Positions 16,556 through 25,459 of a DNA stretch of 62,686 nucleotides are shown here, in pieces. Position numbers and translations under genes: made by a program. The first letter of the stretch is position 1. Every line of letters begins with the position of its first letter. This DNA comes from Armatimonadota bacterium (GTDB lineage Bacteria; Armatimonadota; Zipacnadia; JAUWAU01; JBHIEF01). Location of the stretch: positions 1 through 62,686 of the forward strand of contig JBHIEF010000001.1 in NCBI GenBank assembly GCA_046760465.1, in the 5' to 3' direction. The notes beneath the pieces were generated by a model that saw nothing but the letters and a program-made list of their open reading frames with translations, had not been told where the DNA came from and did not search any database.

Positions 16556-17455
16556 ATGCTGGTGTGCTGTCCGCAGTGCGGGTCCCAGATGTACGCTTCA
16601 GATGCCTTCTGCGGCAACTGCGGCGCGACTCTGACCACGCAACGGCAGCCCCGCCGCAGGGCCGCAACTAGGGTCCTGTTCTTGGCGGCCGCCGTCGGCG
16701 CGCTCGTAGTCCTGTCAGCCACGGGGTGGTGGGCTCTGCGCACCGGGCTTCTCGGGATAGGCTGGGCATCCGTACAGAAGGTCACGGGGGTGGATGAGTC
16801 GGTCGCCCGCGATATGCTGCAGAGCCAAGGGGGATTCGTTGCCGAGATCCGTGCGGAGTACGATGACGAGGCCTCTGAGGGGCAAGTGATCGGCCAGGAC
16901 CCGCTCCCCAACACGAGGTTGAAGCGCGGTTCGACGGTCGTCTTGACTGTGAGCAAGGGCAGATCGCCGACGGTGACGGTGCCCGACGTCATCGGCGTCG
17001 CCTCGGAGGAGGCGAGGGCACGGCTCGAGGCGACGGATCTTGGGCTCGAGATAGGGGAGCGACGCCTCGACGCCGACATCGGGGAGAACCGCGTGGTGGA
17101 GCAAGAGCCGGCCGCAAGCGAGGAGGTCCCGCGGGGGTCCACGGTGATGGTCCACCTGAGCGCCGGCCCGCCGGCGGAAGTGCCCGACGTCGTGGATATG
17201 GGACTGGCACAGGCACAGGCGCAGGTGGAGGCAGCCGGGCTGGCGCCGCAGCTCAAAGAGAGCGTGCATGATCGGACCATTGCGGCCGGCCGCGTGAAGT
17301 CTCAGTGGCCCCGGGCAGGGGAGATCGTGGCGCAGGGCACGATCGTGTTCCTCGTTAAGAGCACGGGGCCGCCGCCTCCCCCGCTACGGAATCGCGGTGT
17401 GGGGCGAGGGAGATCCTGTGGCTCCGGGAACTGCCGCGACTGCCACGGCCGGTAG
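16556..17455 (+). CDS. Zinc ribbon + TM helix + three PASTA domains
   Basis: The ATG at 16556 has GGAGG 7 nt upstream. The ribbon is CPQCGSQMYASDAFCGNCG and the TM helix is VLFLAAAVGALVVLSATGWWAL. Three repeats of about 65 aa follow, each ending in the PASTA-like G-S/T-x-V pattern. Repeat 1: ...GQVIGQDPLPNTRLKRGSTVVLTVSKG. Repeat 2: VPDVIG...VVEQEPAASEEVPRGSTVMVHLSAG. Repeat 3: VPDVVDM...VKSQWPRAGEIVAQGTIVFLVKS. Confidence 0.8.
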   Translation: MLVCCPQCGSQMYASDAFCGNCGATLTTQRQPRRRAATRVLFLAAAVGALVVLSATGWWALRTGLLGIGWASVQKVTGVDESVARDMLQSQGGFVAEIRAEYDDEASEGQVIGQDPLPNTRLKRGSTVVLTVSKGRSPTVTVPDVIGVASEEARARLEATDLGLEIGERRLDADIGENRVVEQEPAASEEVPRGSTVMVHLSAGPPAEVPDVVDMGLAQAQAQVEAAGLAPQLKESVHDRTIAAGRVKSQWPRAGEIVAQGTIVFLVKSTGPPPPPLRNRGVGRGRSCGSGNCRDCHGR

Positions 17456-17683
17456 GCGGCAAGCAGCGCTCTCTTGAGGACCCCTCTGTCGCTCAACTGG
17501 GCGTTACCCCCTCGTGCATTCACTGACCGCGTGTTGTGAGCCCTGGGGCCGGGCCACGCCCGGTCTCGTCGGTGCCTGACGGGGCCACGAGGTCTGACAG
17601 CCACCAAGCGCGAAACCCAAGCCATTCGCCTGCTGGCTCCTGACCGCGAGTCGCCTCGAGCCGGATGGAGCGAAGGGGCCCGA

Positions 17684-19552
17684 GTGAAGGAAGCAGACGC
17701 GCGGCTCGCGACCGAACGGGAAGGGCGGACCATGATGACTGATGCAAGCGCCAGCCACTTCTCAGCAGGCTTCTGGCGGCGACTGATGGGCACGTCGCTC
17801 CCTCGGTCGCAGTTGCAGCCATTGCAGCCCGTCGCCATCGAGGACGGCAAGTTCAAGGTGTTCGCCGACACACTGAAGCCACGGTTCTCGGACGGAGCCA
17901 AGGTCGGGCTTGAGCGGCGCGGGAATCGCGTAGTTCTGGCGGAGACGGCGGAGGGTGTGACGATCAACAATCGGGAGCACTATGAGTTGTGCCTGCCGCG
18001 GTCGGTTGGCCAGCTTCTGCCTAACGGGGACCCGATCTACGGAATGGTCGTCCAGAGCGGCGACCAGTTGCTGCTCCTGCCCATCCGCGTCGAAGAGCAT
18101 GCCCCCGATGTGCTGGGCCCCCGGATCATTGACGAACTCAGGCCTGGCTCCGGCCGAGCCGGTCCCGGCGCCATCGTGCGGCACATCGTGAAGGGCTTTG
18201 GGTACGACGGCTGGACCAGCGACCGGCTGCGGGAACTGAAGGACCTGGTCTGTGCGGAGCCGTTGGACTACGATCCCCTGCGCGAGCTCGAAAGCGCGGA
18301 CGATTGGATCGCGTGGAAGACGCGCAACGAGATTCTCCGGCGGCCTGCTCCCGGAGACGACGTCCTGCGACAGAAGCTGATGGCCGAGGTGTTCGCCCGA
18401 CAGAGCGGCAACGGCTCCTGGGACGACTGTGTGGTGGCGACGGCCTACGGCATCCTGCGCGCGCTGTCCATCGGCACACCGGCTCATGACCGACGGATCA
18501 CGAAGGCAGCCCAGTGGCTGCTAGACTGCCCAGAGCCATTGGGACGGCCGGGCATGTGGATGTTGACGGAGGAACGTCGGGAGAAGTGGGACGCGAGCAG
18601 GAGAGGCGAGCGCGATGTTGACTGGCTCGCCTTCATGGTCCATAGCTACACGGAGGACGAGCACGACCTGTTCCGGGGACAGGAACAGCAGCAAGTCGTC
18701 GTCAGTCTGTCTCGGAACCACCATGCGGGGTGCGACGCGATGCTCCAGCCCTCCGCCACCGCTGTAGATGCGCTGTGCCGCTGTGGGTACGCGGATCATC
18801 CGCGCGTGAAGGCGTACGCCAACTCCATCCTCCAGCTCGGCGGGATGTTCGGGTACTTCTGTGCGTGCTGGGGGATCCTAGATACCGACGAAGAGGTGGC
18901 CGAACTCCGAGAGAGGGCGCCCGACTTCAACCAGAGAACGGAGGAGCACGACATCGCGTTGGGGTCGCTGCCGTACGGGTACGCGCGAGATGCGGTCGAC
19001 TTGCTGGTCCTCGCTGGCCTTCCGCAGTATCCGGGCATCCACCGGCCCGACCTGGCGGATACGAATGGTTGGGTGCCATACGACTGGCGAGACATCGGTG
19101 TCGAGAACCACTTCGCTCTAGTGGGAAGCTACTGGCAGAACGCGGACTGCTGGGCCAAGACCAACCGGGCTCTGTCCCAGTTCCCAACATGGTCCGGTTC
19201 CATCGCGGAGTTCCTGGCGGCGTTCCAGTGCCACCTGTATCAGACGTCACTCGGCGAGTGGAACCAGGGGTACCCAGCCGGGATCCTGCGGTGGATCGCC
19301 GAAGCGACTAGCACTACCAGGGCGAGGGAGGCCGTGGAGCACTCGCGGCTCCTTCGGTTCGCCAAGCTCACGCTGCTGAAGTCGGTCCCCTGGCTGCGGG
19401 AACACCAGAAGGCCGACGGCACGTGGGACCACGAGGAGCTGCCGCGACACGGCGAGGAAGGACGCCCTCCCGGTCGCCGGCTGGGTACGTACCACATTGT
19501 CTCTGTGCTGCACGAGTTCGGCCTGCTGGAGGGGCTGCTGCCGCGCGCCTGA
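17684..19552 (+). CDS. Cytoplasmic protein with prenyltransferase/squalene-cyclase-type (QW-motif, alpha/alpha-toroid) repeats and an unassigned N-terminal domain
   Basis: Two QW-type motifs are present: FARQSGNGSWDD and WLREHQKADGTWDHE (Q-x3-G-x-W). There is no signal peptide. The N-terminal ~130 aa (ELCLPRSVGQLLPNGDPIYGMVVQSGDQLLLLPI) loosely resembles an AbrB/SpoVT-type swapped hairpin, a weak call. The start is uncertain: GTG 17684 or ATG 17732. Confidence 0.7.
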   Translation: MKEADARLATEREGRTMMTDASASHFSAGFWRRLMGTSLPRSQLQPLQPVAIEDGKFKVFADTLKPRFSDGAKVGLERRGNRVVLAETAEGVTINNREHYELCLPRSVGQLLPNGDPIYGMVVQSGDQLLLLPIRVEEHAPDVLGPRIIDELRPGSGRAGPGAIVRHIVKGFGYDGWTSDRLRELKDLVCAEPLDYDPLRELESADDWIAWKTRNEILRRPAPGDDVLRQKLMAEVFARQSGNGSWDDCVVATAYGILRALSIGTPAHDRRITKAAQWLLDCPEPLGRPGMWMLTEERREKWDASRRGERDVDWLAFMVHSYTEDEHDLFRGQEQQQVVVSLSRNHHAGCDAMLQPSATAVDALCRCGYADHPRVKAYANSILQLGGMFGYFCACWGILDTDEEVAELRERAPDFNQRTEEHDIALGSLPYGYARDAVDLLVLAGLPQYPGIHRPDLADTNGWVPYDWRDIGVENHFALVGSYWQNADCWAKTNRALSQFPTWSGSIAEFLAAFQCHLYQTSLGEWNQGYPAGILRWIAEATSTTRAREAVEHSRLLRFAKLTLLKSVPWLREHQKADGTWDHEELPRHGEEGRPPGRRLGTYHIVSVLHEFGLLEGLLPRA

Positions 19553-19615
19553 CGACAGCCGGCGAGATGCCGGTGCGGCGAGGAGCCCGCCGGTCGCAAG
19601 GCTCCCTGCGAGCGA

Positions 19616-21037
19616 ATGGAGGGAATGGCCGTGAGAACGACAACACGTCGCGCCTTCATCAGGAAAGCGTCTGTGGCCGTGGGTGCTGCGGCGGCGCTGC
19701 CCATTCACTCTCGCGTGCTCGGGGCCAACGATGACATCCGCGTGGCCGTGGTGGGTTTCCGCAGCCAGGGCCGTAATCACATCAAGTGGCTGCGCGAGCT
19801 TCCCGGCGTGCGGGTGGTGGCGCTGTGTGACGCGGATCGGGAGGTCCTGGACCGCGGGCTCAAGGCCTTCCGGGACCGCGACGAGCAGGTGGCCGGCTAC
19901 GTGGATGTTCGGCGGCTGTTGGAGGACGAGAACATTGACGCCATTACGACCGCCACGCCCGACCACTGGCACGCGTTGGTGACGATTTGGGCCTGCCAGG
20001 CGGGCAAAGACGTGTATGTCGAGAAGCCGCTCTGTCACAACCTCTGGGAGGGCCGCAAGATGGTCGAGGCGGCCCGGCAGTACGACCGGATCGTGCAGTT
20101 CGGCAATCAGAGCCACGGCCACAGTACGGGAGAGATGAGACTCGAGAGCCGAGACCTGGGGAAGATCCTGGTCGCCTACACGTCCCTGAACAGAATGCGC
20201 CAGAGCATCGGGAAGGTGGACGGGCCGCAGCCCGTGCCGGAGTCAGTGGATTACGACCTATGGACCGGTCCGGCCCCGCTCGAACCGCTGATGCGACAGA
20301 GGCTGCACTACGATTGGCATTGGGTGTGGTCTACGGGCACGGGCGAGATCGGCAACAACGGGATCTATCCGCTGGATGCGTGCCGCTTGGCACTCGGACA
20401 GAAGGCGTTGCCCAGACGCGTGTTGAGCCTCGGCGGGAGGTTCCTGTTCGACGATGATGGCGAGACGCCCAATACTCAGATTGCGTTGTTCCAGTATGAG
20501 CCGGGGCCCATGGTCATCTTCGAACTGCGTAACCTGCCCTCGGAGACCGGTCCGAAGACGGTTGGCAGCAAGGTCAAGTGCGAGCGTGGCGATTCCGGGT
20601 TGCCGAGGCCGTCTGGAGAACCAGGCAGCACCGGCGAGTACTCCGGGCACAAGGGGCATCTGTTCAACTTCCTGTCTGCCGTCAGGAGCCGCGACGTCAG
20701 CGACCTCCGCGCCGACGTGCTGGAGGGACACTTGTCCACCGCCCTGGTCCACATGGCCAACATCTCCTACCGATTGGGATCCCTGCATTCAGCCGACGAG
20801 GTCCGCGAGGCGATCAAAGACAGAGGCAGTGACGCGGAGGAGACCTTCCGGCGCTTCCAGGAGCACCTCGCCGCCAATGGAGTGGACTTCTCGAAGACGG
20901 AGGTGGTCCTCGGTCCCTGGCTGGAGATGGACTCCGAGACGGAGCGCTTCGTAGGCAACTCCGAGATCGCAGCGCGGGCGAATGCGCTTCTGCGTCGAGA
21001 CTATCGTGAGCCGTTCGTGGTTCCGGACAAGGTCTAG
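19616..21037 (+). CDS. Tat-exported Gfo/Idh/MocA family oxidoreductase
   Basis: The twin-arginine signal is MAVRTTTRRAFIRKASVAVGAAAALP. Rossmann motif VAVVGFRSQGRNH and hallmark VEKPLCHN are present. The start is ATG 19616 or 19625. Confidence 0.9.
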   Translation: MEGMAVRTTTRRAFIRKASVAVGAAAALPIHSRVLGANDDIRVAVVGFRSQGRNHIKWLRELPGVRVVALCDADREVLDRGLKAFRDRDEQVAGYVDVRRLLEDENIDAITTATPDHWHALVTIWACQAGKDVYVEKPLCHNLWEGRKMVEAARQYDRIVQFGNQSHGHSTGEMRLESRDLGKILVAYTSLNRMRQSIGKVDGPQPVPESVDYDLWTGPAPLEPLMRQRLHYDWHWVWSTGTGEIGNNGIYPLDACRLALGQKALPRRVLSLGGRFLFDDDGETPNTQIALFQYEPGPMVIFELRNLPSETGPKTVGSKVKCERGDSGLPRPSGEPGSTGEYSGHKGHLFNFLSAVRSRDVSDLRADVLEGHLSTALVHMANISYRLGSLHSADEVREAIKDRGSDAEETFRRFQEHLAANGVDFSKTEVVLGPWLEMDSETERFVGNSEIAARANALLRRDYREPFVVPDKV

Positions 21038-21087
21038 GTGGGAGTCCCTCGCACTGCCTTGATCCCTATGGACGAGGAGAACCGGAT

Positions 21088-24000
21088 ATGGGAAAGGCGA
21101 TGTTGGTCAAGTCGTGCCTCCTGGTTGTGCTCGGGACCACCGCAACCGCGGCTTGGCCCGCGAAGGTCACGATCGTCACTCCCACGGACGCCTCCAAGTT
21201 GGAGACGCTTGCCGCCCGTGAGGTCATGCGGTACGTGTACCTGCGCACGGGCGCCCTGATGTCCATCGCACCCCGCGAGAAGGCGCCGGCGGGCGAGGCC
21301 ATCATCGTGGCGCGCAAGGACCGCCCGGTCGTCGCCAGGGCCGTCCAGCGGGCCTCGGCACGGGCTGCCGTCGCCGCCCTGGGAGCCCAGCAGTACTTAC
21401 TCATGACGCTGGCGAGGCCGCGAGCGCCCAAGACGGTGCTCGTCGTCGGTGGCGATGACGTGGGCACGCTTTACGGCGCCTACCGGCTGGCCGAGCACCT
21501 GGGTGTGCGCTTCTACCTGCATGGCGACGTGATCCCAGACGCCAGGATCGGTCCCGACCTGCCGGACCTGAACGAGACCGGCCGGCCGCTGTTCAGCATC
21601 CGTGGCATTCAGCCCTTCCACGACTTCGCCGAAGGGCCCGACTGGTGGACTAAGGACGACTACCTGGCCCACGTCTCACAACTGGCGAAGATGCGCATGA
21701 ACTTCATTGGCCTGCACTGCTATCCGGAGGGCGGCGTCGGGCCGGAGCCGGCGGTCTGGATCGGCCAGGCAGACGACTGCGACGAGAGCGGACGGGTCGC
21801 CTTCAGCTATCCGTCTCAGTGGGCCAGTACCTCGCGCGACGGCATGTGGGGCTATGCCGCGATGAAGACTAGCGCCTTCTGCGGTGGGGCCGCCATGCTG
21901 TTCGAGAGCGACGAACATGGCCCGGAGGTCATGCGGGGGATGATGCCCTCCCCTACTACCCCTGAGCAGTGCAACCGGCTCTTCAACGACGTGGGCGAGA
22001 TGTTCCGGGCGGTCTTCGCGCAGGCGAGAGCGCTGGGTGTCAAGACTTGCGTGGGCACGGAGACGCCCCTGACCATCCCGAGGGCCGTGCAGGGACGGCT
22101 CAGAGCCAAAGGCAAGGACCCCGGGGAGCCCGCCGTCGTGCGCGAGGTCTATGAGGGCGTGTTCCGTCGGATCGCCAAGGCCTATCTGGTGGACTACTAC
22201 TGGCTGTGGACGCCCGAGGGCTGGACTTGGGGGGGCAACAAGCCCGAGCAGCTAGAGGCGACCGTGCGGGACCTCCAATCGGCCCTGGCAGCACTTGAGG
22301 CCATCGGCAATCCCTTCACGCTGGCGACCTGCGGTTGGGTGCTGGGCCCGCAGCAGGACCGGGCCGCCCTCGACGAGGTGCTGCCCAAGAGCTGCCCGAT
22401 GAGCTGCATCAACCGCCAAGTCGGACACGCCCCAGTCGAGCCCAGCTTCGCCCGTGTGTCCGGCCGACCCAAATGGGCCATTCCCTGGATGGAGAACGAC
22501 CCGAATCTGGTTGCGCCTCAGCCGTGGGTCGGTCGCATGCGGTACGACGCCGCCGATGCTCTGCGCCTGGGCTGCACCGGCCTATTGGGCATCCACTGGC
22601 GAACCAAGGCCATGGCCCCCAACGTCGCCGCCCTGGCCGCCGCGGGTTGGGACCAGTCGTGGGTGCCGGCGACCTTCGACGCCGAGCCGGTAACGCCGGA
22701 GCCGGACGCCGCCGTCGGCGCGTTGGGTGGCAACGTCGCGCGGTTCACGGCACCGGTGGCGGATACGGACGAGGATCCAGTGTACCAGTCGGTCCGCTAT
22801 AACCTGGATGGCTACAACCTGGAGATCCCCAACGGCACCTACGCTGTCACCCTGAAGTTCAATGAGCCGCACTACGGCGAGAAGGGCAAGCGGGTCTTCG
22901 GCGCCACACTCCAGGGACGGCAGGTCATAGACAGGCTGGACGTCTTTGCCAGGGTAGGCAAGAACAGGGCATTGGACTTCACCTTCCCGAACGTCCGGGT
23001 TGTGGATGGCCTCCTTCGGATCGGGTTTCTGCGCGAGACGGAGTTCCCGTGCATCGCAGGCATTGTGATCGAGGGCACCACGGAGGCCGCGGACGAAGTC
23101 GCCGCCGCTCCGTTCGCTCGCAGGATCAACTGCGGCGGGCCGGCCTACCGGGAGTACGAGGGCGATCCCGACCCTCAGAGCAGCGGCGTTCCGGGGAAGG
23201 ACCGGACCATGCCGGTGGAGGACTTCTACATTGACTTCGCCCGGGCGAGCTTCGGCCGATCCGTCGCCGAGGAGGCCGGCAGAATCCTCGCCAGCGTTGA
23301 TGGCGTGAACATGCCCGAACCGTCAGGCTGGATTGGGGGGCCGGGCGGCGTCAAGGTCGAGAAGGCGCCCTGGGCGCAGGTTAGGGCCCGCTATGGCTTT
23401 GTGGACGAACTCGCACGCCTGCGCAGGCGAGTCGAGGGCGCAGGCAACCTCGAGAGGTTCGACTACTGGCTGAATACCTATCGCTGCATGGCTGCTATGG
23501 CTGAGGCTGGCTGCCTGCGCGGGCAGTTGGATCAGACGATGGCAGCCATCAAGGTCCAGGAAGACCCCGCCAAGAAGACAGACCTCGCCCAGCAGGCTCT
23601 AGCGTTTCGCGTGGCGCTGGCGAGGACTTGGGAGAGGATGGTGTCTTTGCAGGTGGCGGCGACCGATACGGCTGGCGAGATGGGTACCGTCGCCAATCTG
23701 GAGCAACACACCCGCAAGAGGCTCAACTTCCTCGGCGCCCACGACGCCGAACTGGCCGCGGCGCTCGGCTCCCCGCTGCCGGACACTTGCCAGCCCTCCG
23801 AGGCGTACACGGGCCCGGCCCGGATCATCGTCCCCACCGTCCGCACGCTGATCGAGCCCGGCGAGAGCCTGACGCTGAAGGTCATCATCATCGCGCCCGG
23901 AAACGAACAGCGCAAGCCGACGCCAGCCACCGGCCACGTGCTGTGGCGGCCTATGGGCAGGGGCGCGTTCTCCAAGATGCCGCTGACCCACGTCGCCCGT

Positions 24001-24156
24001 GGAGTCTACCGTGCCGAGCTCCCACCGATGCCCGCCGGCACGGAGGCGTTCGAATACTACATCGAGGCGAACCACGAGGCCACGAGGCTCGTCTATCCAG
24101 CGACTGCGCCTGCGATGAACCAGACGGTCGTGGTCAGCAGCATCGCGGAGGAGTGA
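21088..24156 (+). CDS. Secreted large glycoside-hydrolase-like protein with an internal malectin-type carbohydrate-binding domain
   Basis: The ATG at 21088 has GAGGAG 8 nt upstream. The signal peptide is MGKAMLVKSCLLVVLGTTATAAWP. A TIM-barrel-like segment reads RGIQPFHDFAEGPDWW...LAKMRMNFIGLH. The malectin-like segment reads YQSVRYNLDGYNLEIPNGTYAVTLKFNEPHYGEKGKRVFGATLQGRQVIDRLDVFA. The exact GH family is not assignable by eye. Confidence 0.75.
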   Translation: MGKAMLVKSCLLVVLGTTATAAWPAKVTIVTPTDASKLETLAAREVMRYVYLRTGALMSIAPREKAPAGEAIIVARKDRPVVARAVQRASARAAVAALGAQQYLLMTLARPRAPKTVLVVGGDDVGTLYGAYRLAEHLGVRFYLHGDVIPDARIGPDLPDLNETGRPLFSIRGIQPFHDFAEGPDWWTKDDYLAHVSQLAKMRMNFIGLHCYPEGGVGPEPAVWIGQADDCDESGRVAFSYPSQWASTSRDGMWGYAAMKTSAFCGGAAMLFESDEHGPEVMRGMMPSPTTPEQCNRLFNDVGEMFRAVFAQARALGVKTCVGTETPLTIPRAVQGRLRAKGKDPGEPAVVREVYEGVFRRIAKAYLVDYYWLWTPEGWTWGGNKPEQLEATVRDLQSALAALEAIGNPFTLATCGWVLGPQQDRAALDEVLPKSCPMSCINRQVGHAPVEPSFARVSGRPKWAIPWMENDPNLVAPQPWVGRMRYDAADALRLGCTGLLGIHWRTKAMAPNVAALAAAGWDQSWVPATFDAEPVTPEPDAAVGALGGNVARFTAPVADTDEDPVYQSVRYNLDGYNLEIPNGTYAVTLKFNEPHYGEKGKRVFGATLQGRQVIDRLDVFARVGKNRALDFTFPNVRVVDGLLRIGFLRETEFPCIAGIVIEGTTEAADEVAAAPFARRINCGGPAYREYEGDPDPQSSGVPGKDRTMPVEDFYIDFARASFGRSVAEEAGRILASVDGVNMPEPSGWIGGPGGVKVEKAPWAQVRARYGFVDELARLRRRVEGAGNLERFDYWLNTYRCMAAMAEAGCLRGQLDQTMAAIKVQEDPAKKTDLAQQALAFRVALARTWERMVSLQVAATDTAGEMGTVANLEQHTRKRLNFLGAHDAELAAALGSPLPDTCQPSEAYTGPARIIVPTVRTLIEPGESLTLKVIIIAPGNEQRKPTPATGHVLWRPMGRGAFSKMPLTHVARGVYRAELPPMPAGTEAFEYYIEANHEATRLVYPATAPAMNQTVVVSSIAEE

Positions 24157-24246
24157 GCGCCTGCTAAGAGTTGGCCGGTCTCCGCGCCGGCGGATGCCGG
24201 GCAGCGCTCTACAGACGGTACACCCGCCAAGGAGGCGTGATGGACG

Positions 24247-25443
24247 ATGCACACCCACCCCATTCCCCTCACGCGTTCCGCACTCCAAGCCGTGTTGACC
24301 GACAAGGTGGTCGAGGTCATGCGCGAGCCCGATTACAGCTGGGGCGATGGCTTCCGCAGCTTCATGAGCGACGACGAAGGTAAGCCGGTCGTGCGCCTGG
24401 CCCTGGCCAACTGTACCCCGGACACCGATATCTGGGAGGGGCTCCGTAGCCCTGCCCAGGCGGGCATGTACCCCATCGGCTTGTGCGACGTCTGGATGCA
24501 CTACGCGGCCTCGAACGTCCAGAGCACGCGGTACGACGGATCGCCCAACCCCCTGGCTGTCCCCGAGCCCTTTGAAGAGGCGCAGGAACGGTTGAAGCGC
24601 GCCGTCATCATCAGCGCCATGCTGCCTCTGAATCCTGAGGTGTACGCAGCCTACGCCGAGAAGGTCGAGCGAGGCGACCTGGATCCCTGGGACTACTACT
24701 GCCATGCCAGGATCGAAGTGGGGGCGCTGATAGACAAGGCCGTGGCCAAGCTGGCACTTGCGCTCATGGCGCCAAGGCGGGCCGTCGTGCCCATGACCGC
24801 CAGGGGCGCAGCCACCGTCGCGGATCGCACCCGAAGCGAGTACCTGAGGGGGAGCTACCACGGCCCGTGTAACAACCACTATCCGCAGAACAGCATCGCG
24901 GCGATGACCGGCCTACTCCGGTTTGGGGTCAACAGACTCCCATTCCGTGATGAGGTGTGGCCCGACGGATCGGTGCGCAGACTCTGTGGGCAGTACGCCA
25001 GCATCATCGTCTTCGACGAGGATGACGTAGTCCAGGATGGCTCGGGCGGCGTGTCCGTGCTGGACGCCGACCGACGGGCGTGGCTTCGGCGTGTCAACGA
25101 CTTCACCGACGTCGCGCCGGAGGCAGTGGCGCAGCGGTTCTGCACGTACAACGTCCTGGGCAGCGATGGCAACAGCGTGTGCACGAAGTGCATCGAGTCG
25201 TGCCCGTCGGGCGCTCTGGCGAACTCGTCGCCGGACCCATCTGGGATCATGGACGAGTTGCTGACCCGGCAGACGCACCGCTTCTCGGAGGGTGCGCTGA
25301 AGTTCGACTACGGTACGTGTAACCGAGACCGAGGCCAGAAGGCGCAGCTCTACGATGAATACGTATGCGCACGGTGCGAGGCCGTGTGTGCCGCGAAGGG
25401 CGTTCGTCGTCCGGCATCCGAAGTCGAGGCGATGTCGGACTGA
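24247..25443 (+). CDS. Iron-sulfur protein with two C-terminal ferredoxin-type Cys clusters (QueG/RdhA-like layout; function unknown)
   Basis: Cys motifs CTKCIESCPSGAL and CARCEAVCAAKG lie in the last ~100 aa, preceded by HYPQNSIAAMTGLLRFGVNR. No signal peptide is present. AAGGAGG at 24229..24235 lies 11 nt upstream of the ATG at 24247. Confidence 0.65.
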   Translation: MHTHPIPLTRSALQAVLTDKVVEVMREPDYSWGDGFRSFMSDDEGKPVVRLALANCTPDTDIWEGLRSPAQAGMYPIGLCDVWMHYAASNVQSTRYDGSPNPLAVPEPFEEAQERLKRAVIISAMLPLNPEVYAAYAEKVERGDLDPWDYYCHARIEVGALIDKAVAKLALALMAPRRAVVPMTARGAATVADRTRSEYLRGSYHGPCNNHYPQNSIAAMTGLLRFGVNRLPFRDEVWPDGSVRRLCGQYASIIVFDEDDVVQDGSGGVSVLDADRRAWLRRVNDFTDVAPEAVAQRFCTYNVLGSDGNSVCTKCIESCPSGALANSSPDPSGIMDELLTRQTHRFSEGALKFDYGTCNRDRGQKAQLYDEYVCARCEAVCAAKGVRRPASEVEAMSD

Positions 25444-25459
25444 GCGGAGCCGCCCTCGC

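Noticed and set aside
17684-19552. LanC-like lanthipeptide cyclase / RiPP locus
   Set aside because: The alpha/alpha-toroid repeats are present. However, the LanC Zn-ligand motifs (WCxG, CHG) are not, and no precursor peptide or dehydratase gene is nearby.
23599-24879. 426-aa minus-strand ORF spanning the end of the malectin hydrolase and the start of the Fe-S gene
   Set aside because: It crosses an intergenic region and overlaps two well-supported plus-strand genes. The translation is Arg/Gly/His-rich and not protein-like.
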